64,000 bases of DNA from a virus (Duplodnaviria; Caudoviricetes), in IMG/VR virus record IMGVR_UViG_3300018405_000011. The stretch is one strand, 5' to 3'. Positions 40,194 to 49,442 of this stretch are shown here, piece by piece. The stretch's first letter is position 1. Each line of letters begins with the position of its first letter. The notes under the pieces are model-generated. The model was not told the origin of the DNA. It searched no databases and worked only from the letters and a program-made list of their open reading frames with translations. A program made the position numbers and the translations under genes.

Positions 40194-41021
40194 ATGGAAC
40201 CATCGATTAAGCGCCACATGGAGGCGCTCGACGCACAGTTAGGAACAGTGGCAACCGCCGCTAAAACCGGTAGGCTAGGAAACATTACGTTACGGGCAGA
40301 AATGCTTCCATCGGATGTTGGGTACGCCGATGCCCTTGTCTATATTACGCAGCTTATTAAGCATTACTGCACGCTCTATAGCAGAGGGTTATTACCAGAA
40401 ACAAAGTCCCTGTCTATAAGCGACTGTAAGCGATTCTCAGAGCGTTTTAAGATAATCGCAGTAAACTATAGCGAACAAGTCTTTACCACGCTCTATCCGA
40501 CGTCTGCGCGCATTAAAGCGGGTAAACAGAGAATATGGTTACAAAAGCCTTGGTTAGCCGAAGGGCTCAGTAGTCAAGTCGCCATGTTTGAACTATCTAT
40601 GTTAGCCTTAAAGAAACTCTATGCGCTTAAAGCGCTGGATGGGACTTCCGTAGCAGCAGAGCTAACGGCACCTTTAGTGGACATCATTACTGACATCGTC
40701 GTGTCCAACTATTCCCCTAAAGAAATCGAACGTAAGATACCTAAACTAAAGTACCATGTACCTTTAGAAACACCTCCCGTTTTTTTAGCAAAGATTGCTC
40801 CAGAGCGCCGCACGGTGTTAACCTCTCTCCCTACACGCCATGGCGCGTTAGGCGCAGTCGTAAAGTCCTATCTTGTTGAGCTAGTCCCTACACAAACGAC
40901 ATTAGTGGGAACTACATTAAAGCCAGGTGACCTGTTTAAAATAGGTCAGCAGTTATACCTGTCGAAGAAACGACAGACTATGTTAAGCTCCATAGACACA
41001 CTTAGTGTTCACTTGCTATAA
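40194..41021 (+). CDS. Hypothetical protein
   Basis: 275 aa ORF, no motif recognised. Confidence 0.5.
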   Translation: MEPSIKRHMEALDAQLGTVATAAKTGRLGNITLRAEMLPSDVGYADALVYITQLIKHYCTLYSRGLLPETKSLSISDCKRFSERFKIIAVNYSEQVFTTLYPTSARIKAGKQRIWLQKPWLAEGLSSQVAMFELSMLALKKLYALKALDGTSVAAELTAPLVDIITDIVVSNYSPKEIERKIPKLKYHVPLETPPVFLAKIAPERRTVLTSLPTRHGALGAVVKSYLVELVPTQTTLVGTTLKPGDLFKIGQQLYLSKKRQTMLSSIDTLSVHLL

Positions 41022-41038
41022 TAAGGAAATTCATCGAT

Positions 41039-41587
41039 ATGCACGCTAAACTCATTTTTGATTCATTAATTAATACCTTTAACAACATGGGGTATAAAAT
41101 CACCACTAAAGACGCCCGTAAGGTCCGTGATGCGTTTTTAAGTAGCATCATGAACATCGCTATGTCTGGTGATGAACGCCTTACCATACGCCATCTAGGC
41201 GTATTCTACAAGAGCCGTGGGAAAATGCGCTTTAAACCCGCTGCGGTTTTTAAGGACCGGCTAAACAATGGGTTTAAGTCAGGTCCTTACCCTTGTTTGT
41301 CAAAGCAAGTCATTGATATCATGGAAGCCATATTATCCGAATATCGATGGACACGAGAAGTCCATGAAAGCATCTATCGCAGTATGTTTACCTTAATAGA
41401 AACGGAATTAGCCGTCACCGGAAAGATTCGCTTTACAGGTTGGGGTACGTTTTATACGGCAGACGTGGCCCCACGTCATTATGTTACCGCTAAAGACCCA
41501 ACCGGACATGTGTTTAAACCTCGTCATATGACCGTTCGTTTTAAACCATCGACAGTACCGTCTAAAAACTTACTCAATCTTCATTAA
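41039..41587 (+). CDS. HU/IHF-like DNA-binding protein with two tandem domains
   Basis: LTIRHLGVF...RFKPA.VFK and IRFTGWGTF...PR...DP.G...VRFKPS repeats of the HU fold. Confidence 0.7.
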   Translation: MHAKLIFDSLINTFNNMGYKITTKDARKVRDAFLSSIMNIAMSGDERLTIRHLGVFYKSRGKMRFKPAAVFKDRLNNGFKSGPYPCLSKQVIDIMEAILSEYRWTREVHESIYRSMFTLIETELAVTGKIRFTGWGTFYTADVAPRHYVTAKDPTGHVFKPRHMTVRFKPSTVPSKNLLNLH

Positions 41588-41605
41588 GCCCTGAAAGGAA
41601 TCCAC

Positions 41606-42538
41606 ATGGCTACAACTGCAACTATCGATTTAAACGATGCTGCTTATGCGGACATTGAACTTCGTGATATCTATGGTCCATCTGACTGCTTTATCGAAGA
41701 AATCAAACGTTTACTTTCCGTAACGATTGACATCAATGGTAAAGTCCTTATCCGTGGGGAACACAGCCGGTCAGCACGTGAAGTATTACTGCGCATGCTT
41801 TCGCATCTAGCCCGACGTTTACCTTTGTCTATGGAAGTGGTGACCGAGTACATCCAGTCACAGCTTTCTATGATACAGTACTCTAAACGGATGCCCGTCA
41901 TAGAAGCAGGGAAGTTAAAGATTACGGCTAAAACGCCGAATCAAGCGACTTTACATGAAAGCCTAAATGAACACCTACTAAACTTTGCAATTGGTCCTGC
42001 GGGTACAGGTAAGACATTAATTACCGTTATGGCCGCCGTTCGTGCTCTACAAGCTGGAGAAGTCGATGGCATCACGGTACTGCGCCCTGCAGTGGAAGCA
42101 GGGGAGAAGTTAGGGTTTCTACCGGGCGATGAGCAGAAAAAGCTAGACCCTTACTTACGCCCTATATTCGACGCCTTAGCGGAAATCCTAGGCTTTGAAG
42201 AAACCAACAAGTTAGTGGAAGCTGGTATCATCGAAATCTCGGCCTTGGCATTTCTACGCGGCCGTACATTTAAACGTAAGTTCGTGATTTTAGACGAAGC
42301 CCAAAACACGTCGGTTGAACAAATGAAAATGTTCGTCACGCGTTTAGGGTATGGGTCGAAGATGGCTATCTGTGGAGACACGGCTCAGATAGACTTACCT
42401 AAGGGAATCGAGTCGGGTTTAAAATACGCCATTGACACTTTTTACGAAAAGGCGCCGTCACCTAAGTTTACATTCTTAGACGACAGTGACTGTCATCGTC
42501 ACCCTATCGTAGAAGAACTCCTAGGGTTTATGCAGTAA
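41606..42538 (+). CDS. phoH: PhoH-family ATPase
   Basis: GPAGTGKT, RPAVEAGEKLGFLPGD, LRGRT, ILDEAQN, GD..Q.DL, RHPIV. Confidence 0.95.
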   Translation: MATTATIDLNDAAYADIELRDIYGPSDCFIEEIKRLLSVTIDINGKVLIRGEHSRSAREVLLRMLSHLARRLPLSMEVVTEYIQSQLSMIQYSKRMPVIEAGKLKITAKTPNQATLHESLNEHLLNFAIGPAGTGKTLITVMAAVRALQAGEVDGITVLRPAVEAGEKLGFLPGDEQKKLDPYLRPIFDALAEILGFEETNKLVEAGIIEISALAFLRGRTFKRKFVILDEAQNTSVEQMKMFVTRLGYGSKMAICGDTAQIDLPKGIESGLKYAIDTFYEKAPSPKFTFLDDSDCHRHPIVEELLGFMQ

Positions 42539-42542
42539 CATT

Positions 42543-42575
42543 AAAAGCACTGGGTTACTCCTAGTGCTTTTATTT
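42543..42575 (+). terminator. Probable terminator
   Basis: AAAAGCACT...AGTGCTTTT followed by ATTTT. Confidence 0.65.
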
Positions 42576-42608
42576 TCATCATCTTATGTATTATAAAAAG
42601 GAATACCC

Positions 42609-43349
42609 ATGTCCATTGCTATTAATAATCTTTTCTATGTTACTGACCCTTCGGTAGTATGGGATTGTGAGTCTAAAATCCGCATACCGGAACTCTTTAC
42701 ATCTGTAGAGATGTACATTACCAAAGATTACGATATTGTCCATGTACCGAATCAAACCGTTTACAAACGCGACCGCGCTATAGCTATCGAAAAGCTCGTC
42801 TACAGTGACGTTCCAGATTTAGCAATTAATGGGCAGTCTGTCCACTTAATGCTTTTATTAGCGGGTATCTTTAAACCTTTAAACTTATTACCTACCGATT
42901 ACGTCTATACTGTAGGTAGCCCACAAGGACCTACGGTAAAGGTACTTAATCTAGAATACCGAGATAACCCAGCAGAGAGTCTATTCTGGCAATATCCTAA
43001 AGAAGGGATTCTAGTACCTAATACTGGACTGACCGAAAAGGTTTACTATATCCCCGCACTGAAAGATGTGTATGTAAGAGAAGACGGCGAGATATTAAAT
43101 GCTTCTTATGCACTATTTGAAAAAGGTGAAAATCGCACAACCTACTACGTGAAATCTAGCGCGGATGAAACTGCTTTATTTGAGCTTACCCAAAAAGAGC
43201 TGGTTGCGTTAGCACTAGGGCTCTATGACGCTACGGATTTAAGCTGTATTACTATTCAGCCCGATGGCGTTGGTGGTACAGAAATAGGCCCAATTATGGA
43301 ACTGTTTACCACGGTTGACTATGTAGGTACAGAAGCACCATCCCCATAA
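42609..43349 (+). CDS. Hypothetical protein
   Basis: AAAGGA RBS; 246 aa, beta-rich. Confidence 0.5.
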   Translation: MSIAINNLFYVTDPSVVWDCESKIRIPELFTSVEMYITKDYDIVHVPNQTVYKRDRAIAIEKLVYSDVPDLAINGQSVHLMLLLAGIFKPLNLLPTDYVYTVGSPQGPTVKVLNLEYRDNPAESLFWQYPKEGILVPNTGLTEKVYYIPALKDVYVREDGEILNASYALFEKGENRTTYYVKSSADETALFELTQKELVALALGLYDATDLSCITIQPDGVGGTEIGPIMELFTTVDYVGTEAPSP

Positions 43350-43414
43350 CTTAAAGGCTTTCTAATCCTATGACTTATTAGAATTCTCTCAGTATTATCC
43401 ATAAGGAACTATCC

Positions 43415-44620
43415 ATGTCTAAGTCAGTATTAAAACAAGCCATTATGGCGACACTCGCAGCCTCGTCAGAAATCAGTTCTGTAGAAGCAGCACAAGAAAC
43501 CATTGCGAGTTTCCAACAGGAACAGCGCGAATTTGAAGAAGCGGTAGAGCTTCATAACAAGCTGGTGACTATCACTGAAAACTGTCGTCCTGCGGACACC
43601 CGTATGGCTATCATTGCTGCTAATGAAGCACTGGGCGCTATTCCAGAACTTCAACTACCAATGGTCTCAATGGAGTCCAGCGCAGAAGACCATTACGAAA
43701 TCGCAATGGAAGGCATCGGTGATATTATCGAGTCTATCTCTAAATTCGTAAAAGAGAAGTTTAAATCTCTAATGGAAAAAGTAGGTAAATTCAAAGATGC
43801 CTTTACTTATGTGTTTAAAGACGAAGCAGAACGTGCTGCTGCACTATTATCTCTGATGGATAAGTCACCGGCGTATGTAGAAGGCGACATTGCTTTACCG
43901 GAGCCACAGGTACATCTGTTCCAGGCGGGCGGTAAGATAATGGATACCTCTAAAGCGATTGGTGACGTTGTGAAACACAACGAAGCAACGTTTAGTCCAA
44001 AAGCGGTTGAAAAAGGTATCGCTGCTATTAAAGCGAATGGTTGGAAAGGCTACGTCGATGGCATGGACGCTATCAGTAAGGTTATGATGGGTCTGGTTAA
44101 AGACTTCGGCATGAAGCCAACGAATGAAATCGGTGATAAGCCGGTGAGTAAGACACACGTTGCTTACCGCACAATGACCAAACTCCCAGCTAACTATTAC
44201 AACTACGTGCTGATGATTGCACGAGTGGTACCTGGCGATAAGCGTGAGTTCTATACGTGGGACCGCGTAGGGTCCATTAACGAAAACGCTAAGTTCGCGA
44301 CTAACAAGGGCGTTTCTGTAATGCCTGCATTAAAAGAAGCCGAACTTAAGAAAGTCCTTACTGCCATTAAGGATGGTTCTTCATCTAACGTAGAGCGAGT
44401 GCAAGCCATCTCTAACTGGGCACGTAACCTAGACGGTTTCTTTGATGCCTTCTTTAAGCAGATGGAAGATTTGACACTAACCAAAGAAGAAGTAAACCGC
44501 CTGTATACAGATGTGTATAGCCTAGCAACGTTTAGCTTCTACGCTATGTCAGATAATTTAGACTATCATGACCGTGTGTTTGGTGCTTATCTAAGCGTTG
44601 CAAAACGTCACTTTAAATAA
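43415..44620 (+). CDS. Internal head protein, gp93-family paralog outside the head cluster
   Basis: Acidic propeptide with VSMES (84-88) and IAMEG (96-100), then a helical IGDIIESISKFVKEKF segment as in the 10447 gene. Confidence 0.65.
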   Translation: MSKSVLKQAIMATLAASSEISSVEAAQETIASFQQEQREFEEAVELHNKLVTITENCRPADTRMAIIAANEALGAIPELQLPMVSMESSAEDHYEIAMEGIGDIIESISKFVKEKFKSLMEKVGKFKDAFTYVFKDEAERAAALLSLMDKSPAYVEGDIALPEPQVHLFQAGGKIMDTSKAIGDVVKHNEATFSPKAVEKGIAAIKANGWKGYVDGMDAISKVMMGLVKDFGMKPTNEIGDKPVSKTHVAYRTMTKLPANYYNYVLMIARVVPGDKREFYTWDRVGSINENAKFATNKGVSVMPALKEAELKKVLTAIKDGSSSNVERVQAISNWARNLDGFFDAFFKQMEDLTLTKEEVNRLYTDVYSLATFSFYAMSDNLDYHDRVFGAYLSVAKRHFK

Positions 44621-44626
44621 ACCATA

Positions 44627-44666
44627 ATTAATAGTCCTAGGAGCATCGGCTCCTAGGACTATTAAT
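44627..44666. terminator. Bidirectional terminator
   Basis: 18 bp stem ATTAATAGTCCTAGGAGC / GCTCCTAGGACTATTAAT between convergent genes. Confidence 0.85.
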
Positions 44667-44680
44667 GCTATTTCTCTTTT

Positions 44681-45382
44681 TTAATCTTTTTCAAAAGTAA
44701 CCAGGTGGTAATTCTGCTTACCGCTGATGATGTCAGTAGCCTCCCAGCCAAACCTATACCCCCATAGGGTAAAGACTTTAAAGGTTAGTAATGGGTTGTC
44801 CGTTTCGTACTGGTAGTACTTTGCATTGTATGCAGTATTACGCATTGTCCAGAATGTCGAACAGATGAAGTTAAAGTAGGCGTTCTTACCACCCCTTAAG
44901 TTTCCTAGTTCAAAGGTATTGCCGAACAATACATTCTTTTCAATATACTCGACTTGCTTAGCGATATGGCCACGGAACGGTTTACCAATGACTGGGTAGT
45001 GTTCCCCGGTAACGATTTTCTTTAGGAAACCTAAATCTACGGTATCGTAGTTAGAGTCGTCGTCTACCCAAATCCATACCGCCCAGTACCAGAACTGGAA
45101 GGTTAACCACCCTATATGCTCCTTAGGTACCTCACCTCCCATCTCAAAGCGCGTAGACTGAAGTAGCCATAGTGTTTCCTTAGAAACGGGATGGCGCTCA
45201 TAGAGACGCTTTAACCAACGCTGTTCTTGTAGGATATAGTTATAGACGTAATAACGTGCAGGTTCACGGAACCACACTACACACCAATACACAGGCACGC
45301 CGACGACTTTACGGATGCCGGTAATCGAAGTTACCATAAAAAAATAAATGTAACGATAAAAGAAATAAAAGAGTTCTTTCAT
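44681..45382 (-). CDS. Hypothetical aromatic-rich, probably membrane-associated protein
   Basis: ATG 45382 with GGGAG upstream on the minus strand; Trp/Tyr/Phe-rich; WTMRNTAY motif. Confidence 0.55.
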   Translation of the reverse strand: MKELFYFFYRYIYFFMVTSITGIRKVVGVPVYWCVVWFREPARYYVYNYILQEQRWLKRLYERHPVSKETLWLLQSTRFEMGGEVPKEHIGWLTFQFWYWAVWIWVDDDSNYDTVDLGFLKKIVTGEHYPVIGKPFRGHIAKQVEYIEKNVLFGNTFELGNLRGGKNAYFNFICSTFWTMRNTAYNAKYYQYETDNPLLTFKVFTLWGYRFGWEATDIISGKQNYHLVTFEKD

Positions 45383-45501
45383 TAAGGGCTCCCTAGCCAT
45401 GGTTAATGTTATCATAGTGATGTAAACCACCCATGGGATTCCTAAAGGTAAATATTAACGATACGCAAACATCCCATGTTACTGATAAAAGAGGAAAGGT
45501 T

Positions 45502-46209
45502 ATGAAAGATAAACTGACTGAGTTTTTAAATGCAAACCCAGAAGTAATGCAAGACTGGTTAGAAGGCGGCAGTAATATAAAGTCTGTCTATAAATCCCTC
45601 ATTCGTGAACAACTGGGCAATCCAGTTATATTCTTAGATGTAGATGAAGTCATACAAGTTCATCGTGCTCACTTACAGGGTCTCATGATAGACCCCGTTG
45701 CTGTAGAGCTGATTCAGAGACTCTGTGACCTAACGGGGGCGAGAATTGTCTATGCTAGCGTATGGGGTACCTTTATGAACGATGGTATTACGGCGTCTTC
45801 TATTCACGAAGCGTTTGGCTTTAAAGGAATGTCATTGATGCAGACTGCGGATGGCACAGAAATGCCATGGCGTCTAGAATCCGTAACTGGAAGTGGTAAC
45901 CGTGGACGCTCTGTTCAGAAGTATCTGGCTGATAACCCACACATTAAAAACTATGTCGTTATTGATGACAGTTGGTCTGATTACATGGAAATACTGGATA
46001 AGGTCGTTGCACCAGACGGCATTGAAGGCTTCGGCGTTCGTGACTTCTACCGTGCTAAAGACATACTCGTACACGGACAGGTTCGCTCACCTGAAGAGAC
46101 ACGTCTGCCCTTTATTTACCCGCACCGTTCTCAAGGTTGCGTACGTGATATGAAAACGCCATTAGAAATCTGGCAGCTAGAACAACAAATTAAAGATAAG
46201 GAAAGCTAA
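45502..46209 (+). CDS. HAD-superfamily phosphatase, Swiss-Army-Knife RNA-repair-like type
   Basis: FLDVDEVI (DxD), IVYASVW, RG..VQKYL, YVVIDDS; ATG 45502 after GAGGAAAGG. Confidence 0.7.
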   Translation: MKDKLTEFLNANPEVMQDWLEGGSNIKSVYKSLIREQLGNPVIFLDVDEVIQVHRAHLQGLMIDPVAVELIQRLCDLTGARIVYASVWGTFMNDGITASSIHEAFGFKGMSLMQTADGTEMPWRLESVTGSGNRGRSVQKYLADNPHIKNYVVIDDSWSDYMEILDKVVAPDGIEGFGVRDFYRAKDILVHGQVRSPEETRLPFIYPHRSQGCVRDMKTPLEIWQLEQQIKDKES

Positions 46210-46793
46210 TGTTAGATAAGAAATGTAAAATGTGTCTTAAAGAAGGCATGGTCTATGACGAACGTGGTTCCGTGGACCGACATGTTGTGATGGGACACTG
46301 CGGGCATTGTGGTGCGCTTGTGCGTAAGCAAACCAAACCTATGGTGTCCATGGAAACATGGTTAAACATAAAGGATGAAGTATTAGTCCTTAATGAAGCA
46401 GAGTCTGACGGGTATTGGGATAAACACGCGGCGCTTAATAAGGCACTGGAGTACCTTAAAACCAACGAAGTCTGCACGACTTGTCATACAGGACACGTGG
46501 AACCTTATGCCGACCTTAGCTTAGGTGAAGAGCCTACACCGCTGATACTCTATCGTAAGTGTGGAAACCCAGACTGCGCATCCGAACCAGTAGTTTTTAC
46601 GGATGACGAATCCGACGTTCGCGTGATCATTGACTGTTTACGTGGCATGGAGAACCCAATTGCCGTAAGTCTGTCCGTGTTATACGAAGCCCGTTTATTA
46701 GGGTTTAAAGTACATGACGACGAAGGTCACTACTTAGACATCGATTTTCTGGCACAGCAAATAATGGAGCACGCTAATGATCATCAGCAGTAA
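46209..46793 (+). CDS. Multi-zinc-ribbon protein
   Basis: CKMC, CGHC, CTTC, CGNPDC; TAATG coupling to the HAD gene. Confidence 0.6.
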   Translation: MLDKKCKMCLKEGMVYDERGSVDRHVVMGHCGHCGALVRKQTKPMVSMETWLNIKDEVLVLNEAESDGYWDKHAALNKALEYLKTNEVCTTCHTGHVEPYADLSLGEEPTPLILYRKCGNPDCASEPVVFTDDESDVRVIIDCLRGMENPIAVSLSVLYEARLLGFKVHDDEGHYLDIDFLAQQIMEHANDHQQ

Positions 46794-47781
46794 GCATGAC
46801 GTAGACAGTCACGTCTACAACTACATCCATGACAGTGGCGTACAGACTACCGTTAAAGTCTCACCATCGGGTCACTACCGCCAGGACAACTTAGACCGAA
46901 CACAACCGGTTACTCAAGATAAACGTAAATACTCGGTTATCATCTCTTCGTCTGTAGGCTGCCCTTTAAGCTGTCAGTTCTGTCATCTAACCTTACTGAA
47001 TAAACCGCATCGTGCGCTGAGTCATAAGGAAATCACGGATAACGTACTGGAAGCGATTCACGTCACCCGTGACCATGAAGACTTAAGTAGTCGCTATATC
47101 AAGCTCTGCTTTATGGGGGAAGGGGAAGCCATCCTAAACATCAGTAATGTCCGAATAGCGGCACTGGACATCATTAGTGGCGTAATGGAGCGAGGATGGG
47201 CAGCGGGGTTAGACGGTGTAGACATCGCCACCGCTTTCCCAAATGTAGGGGTAGGGAAACTCTACGAAATCATCGCCTTTAACCATGAGCTTTCTGTTAA
47301 GTGGCCTCTAAATCCGCATAACTACGAACTAAACGTTCGTGGGGAGTTTAGGTCAGTCGTCCGCTTGTTCTACTCAATGCACCATTCTAACGATGTCGAC
47401 AGAGCGAAGCTCATGCCGGGCACGGCACCACTAAGCGACGCATTACGCCGACTAGGCACCATTGCCAACAGTTCGGTAAACTTAGTTATCCACTACATGT
47501 TTATTGAAGGGGTTAATGACAGCTCAGACCAAGTCAATGAACTGGTCAATCTCATTAATGGGTTAGAGTATGCGTATAAGATACAGTTTAGAATCTTACG
47601 CTATAACCCGCCTAATGCAGATACTCGTGAAAGTCCTAGACTAAAAGACATTGTCAGTTATCTACAAGACGACTTAGCCGTGGACTTTATTAAGGTACAG
47701 TATTCTGCAGGTGAAGCTATTAAAGGTGCATGCGGGATGTTTATGGACGATATGGTCGAGGTTACTCATGGCAAAGCCTAA
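46777..47781 (+). CDS. Cfr/RlmN-family radical SAM enzyme (putative RNA methyltransferase), divergent active site
   Basis: SSSVGCPLSCQFC (CX3CX2C), FMGEGEA, SMHH..D..RAKLMP, GVNDS, RYNP, GACG (C-terminal Cys). Confidence 0.8.
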   Translation: MIISSKHDVDSHVYNYIHDSGVQTTVKVSPSGHYRQDNLDRTQPVTQDKRKYSVIISSSVGCPLSCQFCHLTLLNKPHRALSHKEITDNVLEAIHVTRDHEDLSSRYIKLCFMGEGEAILNISNVRIAALDIISGVMERGWAAGLDGVDIATAFPNVGVGKLYEIIAFNHELSVKWPLNPHNYELNVRGEFRSVVRLFYSMHHSNDVDRAKLMPGTAPLSDALRRLGTIANSSVNLVIHYMFIEGVNDSSDQVNELVNLINGLEYAYKIQFRILRYNPPNADTRESPRLKDIVSYLQDDLAVDFIKVQYSAGEAIKGACGMFMDDMVEVTHGKA

Positions 47782-48229
47782 CTGGAAACTACGTCGGGTT
47801 ACCGTAAAGTTAACCCTAAGTTGGGTCACGGTAATGTGTGGTTACTTGCTCTATCGTGGTAATGGGGAATCCATGCTGCATGAAACATTGGTGTCTAATC
47901 TACTGCTATTAGCGTTTTTAGTGGTTGGCGGCTATGTGTTTGGAGTCGCATCCGATAACCATGTTAACGGCAGTGGTGAAGAAGACACGAGTGGGTCAGG
48001 TAAGGACACGGCATTAGGTACATGGTCAGAACGACGTAAGGTCATTCTAAGGGCACTGGTACTTTGCGCGGGAGCACTTACCTATTTAATGCTCTACGGG
48101 GAAGACAGCACGTTAAACAGCACCTTTGCATCAGGACTATGTCTGTTCTATGCCGGCGTAATTAATAGCTGGATATTTGGCGGCGTCTATGACGACTACG
48201 CCATTAAGCAAAAACTAAATAAGGAATAA
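47768..48229 (+). CDS. Membrane protein made of two internal repeats
   Basis: ATG 47768 after GAGG; two W..RR-TM-TM-(Y/W)(V/I)FG..D units. Confidence 0.6.
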   Translation: MAKPNWKLRRVTVKLTLSWVTVMCGYLLYRGNGESMLHETLVSNLLLLAFLVVGGYVFGVASDNHVNGSGEEDTSGSGKDTALGTWSERRKVILRALVLCAGALTYLMLYGEDSTLNSTFASGLCLFYAGVINSWIFGGVYDDYAIKQKLNKE

Positions 48230-48234
48230 ACTTC

Positions 48235-49410
48235 ATGTTTATTAACAAAATACCGTCTAGTCGCTTGCGGCTATGGACTTTAACTAATATTAGCTTTACG
48301 AGTGTAGTATTATCCGTGTGTCTATTAGAGGTCTTGAGCTTATACCTTAAGACTGGAGAAACATTAACATGGACCGGAGTTACATTAGCCGACTCTTTAT
48401 GGGTGATTGGTTTATGGTGGGTAGGTTGCATTATACTCTATGCTATCCTTGACTCACTAACCTATGATAATCGTCATATTGAATACCTTAATAAAACAGG
48501 GCGATGGCATTGGGCTCCTATTGTTATTTTGGCCGTTGTTATTAATGCCTTGGTTGAAGAACCAACACAGGGTCCGATTATAGCCACTGAACTCGTACTT
48601 CATGCCTTTACTAAAATGGGATACTTTATTGTACTCTATCCCTTTATAGACGCCGTGATGGAAGGGGTATTAAATCCTTACGAAAAAGGACGTATCCTAG
48701 ACCGCTTTTTTATTACGCGTATACGCAATACTACGGCATGGCGCCGGTACGTATTTCATGCAGGTAGACTGCAGTGGGACATTAGTCTAGTCGGCCCACG
48801 TGGGCCTGAATTCATGGTTACAGTCGACCCTGATGGAGAAGAACAGTTTCACCTATGGATAAACTGTGGTTTGTTTGGCATCGGTTTCTCCTCTGCCCAA
48901 ATCCCTTATCTAAGCAGTCGTTTATTTAAAGGACATTATCGGTTAGGGTTTTACACGTGTACAACGCACCTATGTATTGCCCTTATGGAGAATGAAGACT
49001 TCCGTGGTTGGCAAGGGGGTAGAAACTTTATCTTTCACTGGGAGACTATGCTTAAAGGTAAAGAAACGGTAGAGTGCAGTGAGGAAGTATCGCGAGGATG
49101 TTTTCAGTTCCCGACTATTCCTCAAGAAGGCTATCCAGAAGAACAGCTAACATTACAGGTAACTTCCTGTATACTGAAACGTCGCTATAGCCGATGGTTC
49201 TCACCGCCTGACCTAGAACGCTTCCATGTGTTCACCAAAACCGATGAAAAGGTAGCACGTGTACCTGGCAAGGGAGAAAACGGGTGGGACTGCGACGATG
49301 AGTACGGAATTGACGTATGGTTAGCCGCTCGACCGATTACAGCTATGACGCCTAGACAGGCGGCTCAAGAAGTCATTGCTGATCTAGCACAAACTCGCTC
49401 ACGTCGTTAG
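48235..49410 (+). CDS. Hypothetical protein with multi-pass membrane N-terminus and soluble C-terminus
   Basis: AAGGA RBS; about four hydrophobic segments in the first 145 aa. Confidence 0.55.
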   Translation: MFINKIPSSRLRLWTLTNISFTSVVLSVCLLEVLSLYLKTGETLTWTGVTLADSLWVIGLWWVGCIILYAILDSLTYDNRHIEYLNKTGRWHWAPIVILAVVINALVEEPTQGPIIATELVLHAFTKMGYFIVLYPFIDAVMEGVLNPYEKGRILDRFFITRIRNTTAWRRYVFHAGRLQWDISLVGPRGPEFMVTVDPDGEEQFHLWINCGLFGIGFSSAQIPYLSSRLFKGHYRLGFYTCTTHLCIALMENEDFRGWQGGRNFIFHWETMLKGKETVECSEEVSRGCFQFPTIPQEGYPEEQLTLQVTSCILKRRYSRWFSPPDLERFHVFTKTDEKVARVPGKGENGWDCDDEYGIDVWLAARPITAMTPRQAAQEVIADLAQTRSRR

Positions 49411-49442
49411 ACGTGAGCTTTACTGCTATAAGGATATGATAA

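Noticed and set aside
45572-45579. Minus-strand TATATTAC upstream of the 44681-45382 gene
   Set aside because: It lies inside the HAD coding sequence, lacks AAAACC and TTTCTA, and is about 190 nt from the start; an 8-mer match can occur by chance.
46777-47781. Calling the radical SAM gene a functional cfr antibiotic-resistance gene
   Set aside because: The resolving Cys and catalytic Glu appear to be missing and similarity is motif-level only; resistance cannot be inferred without assay.
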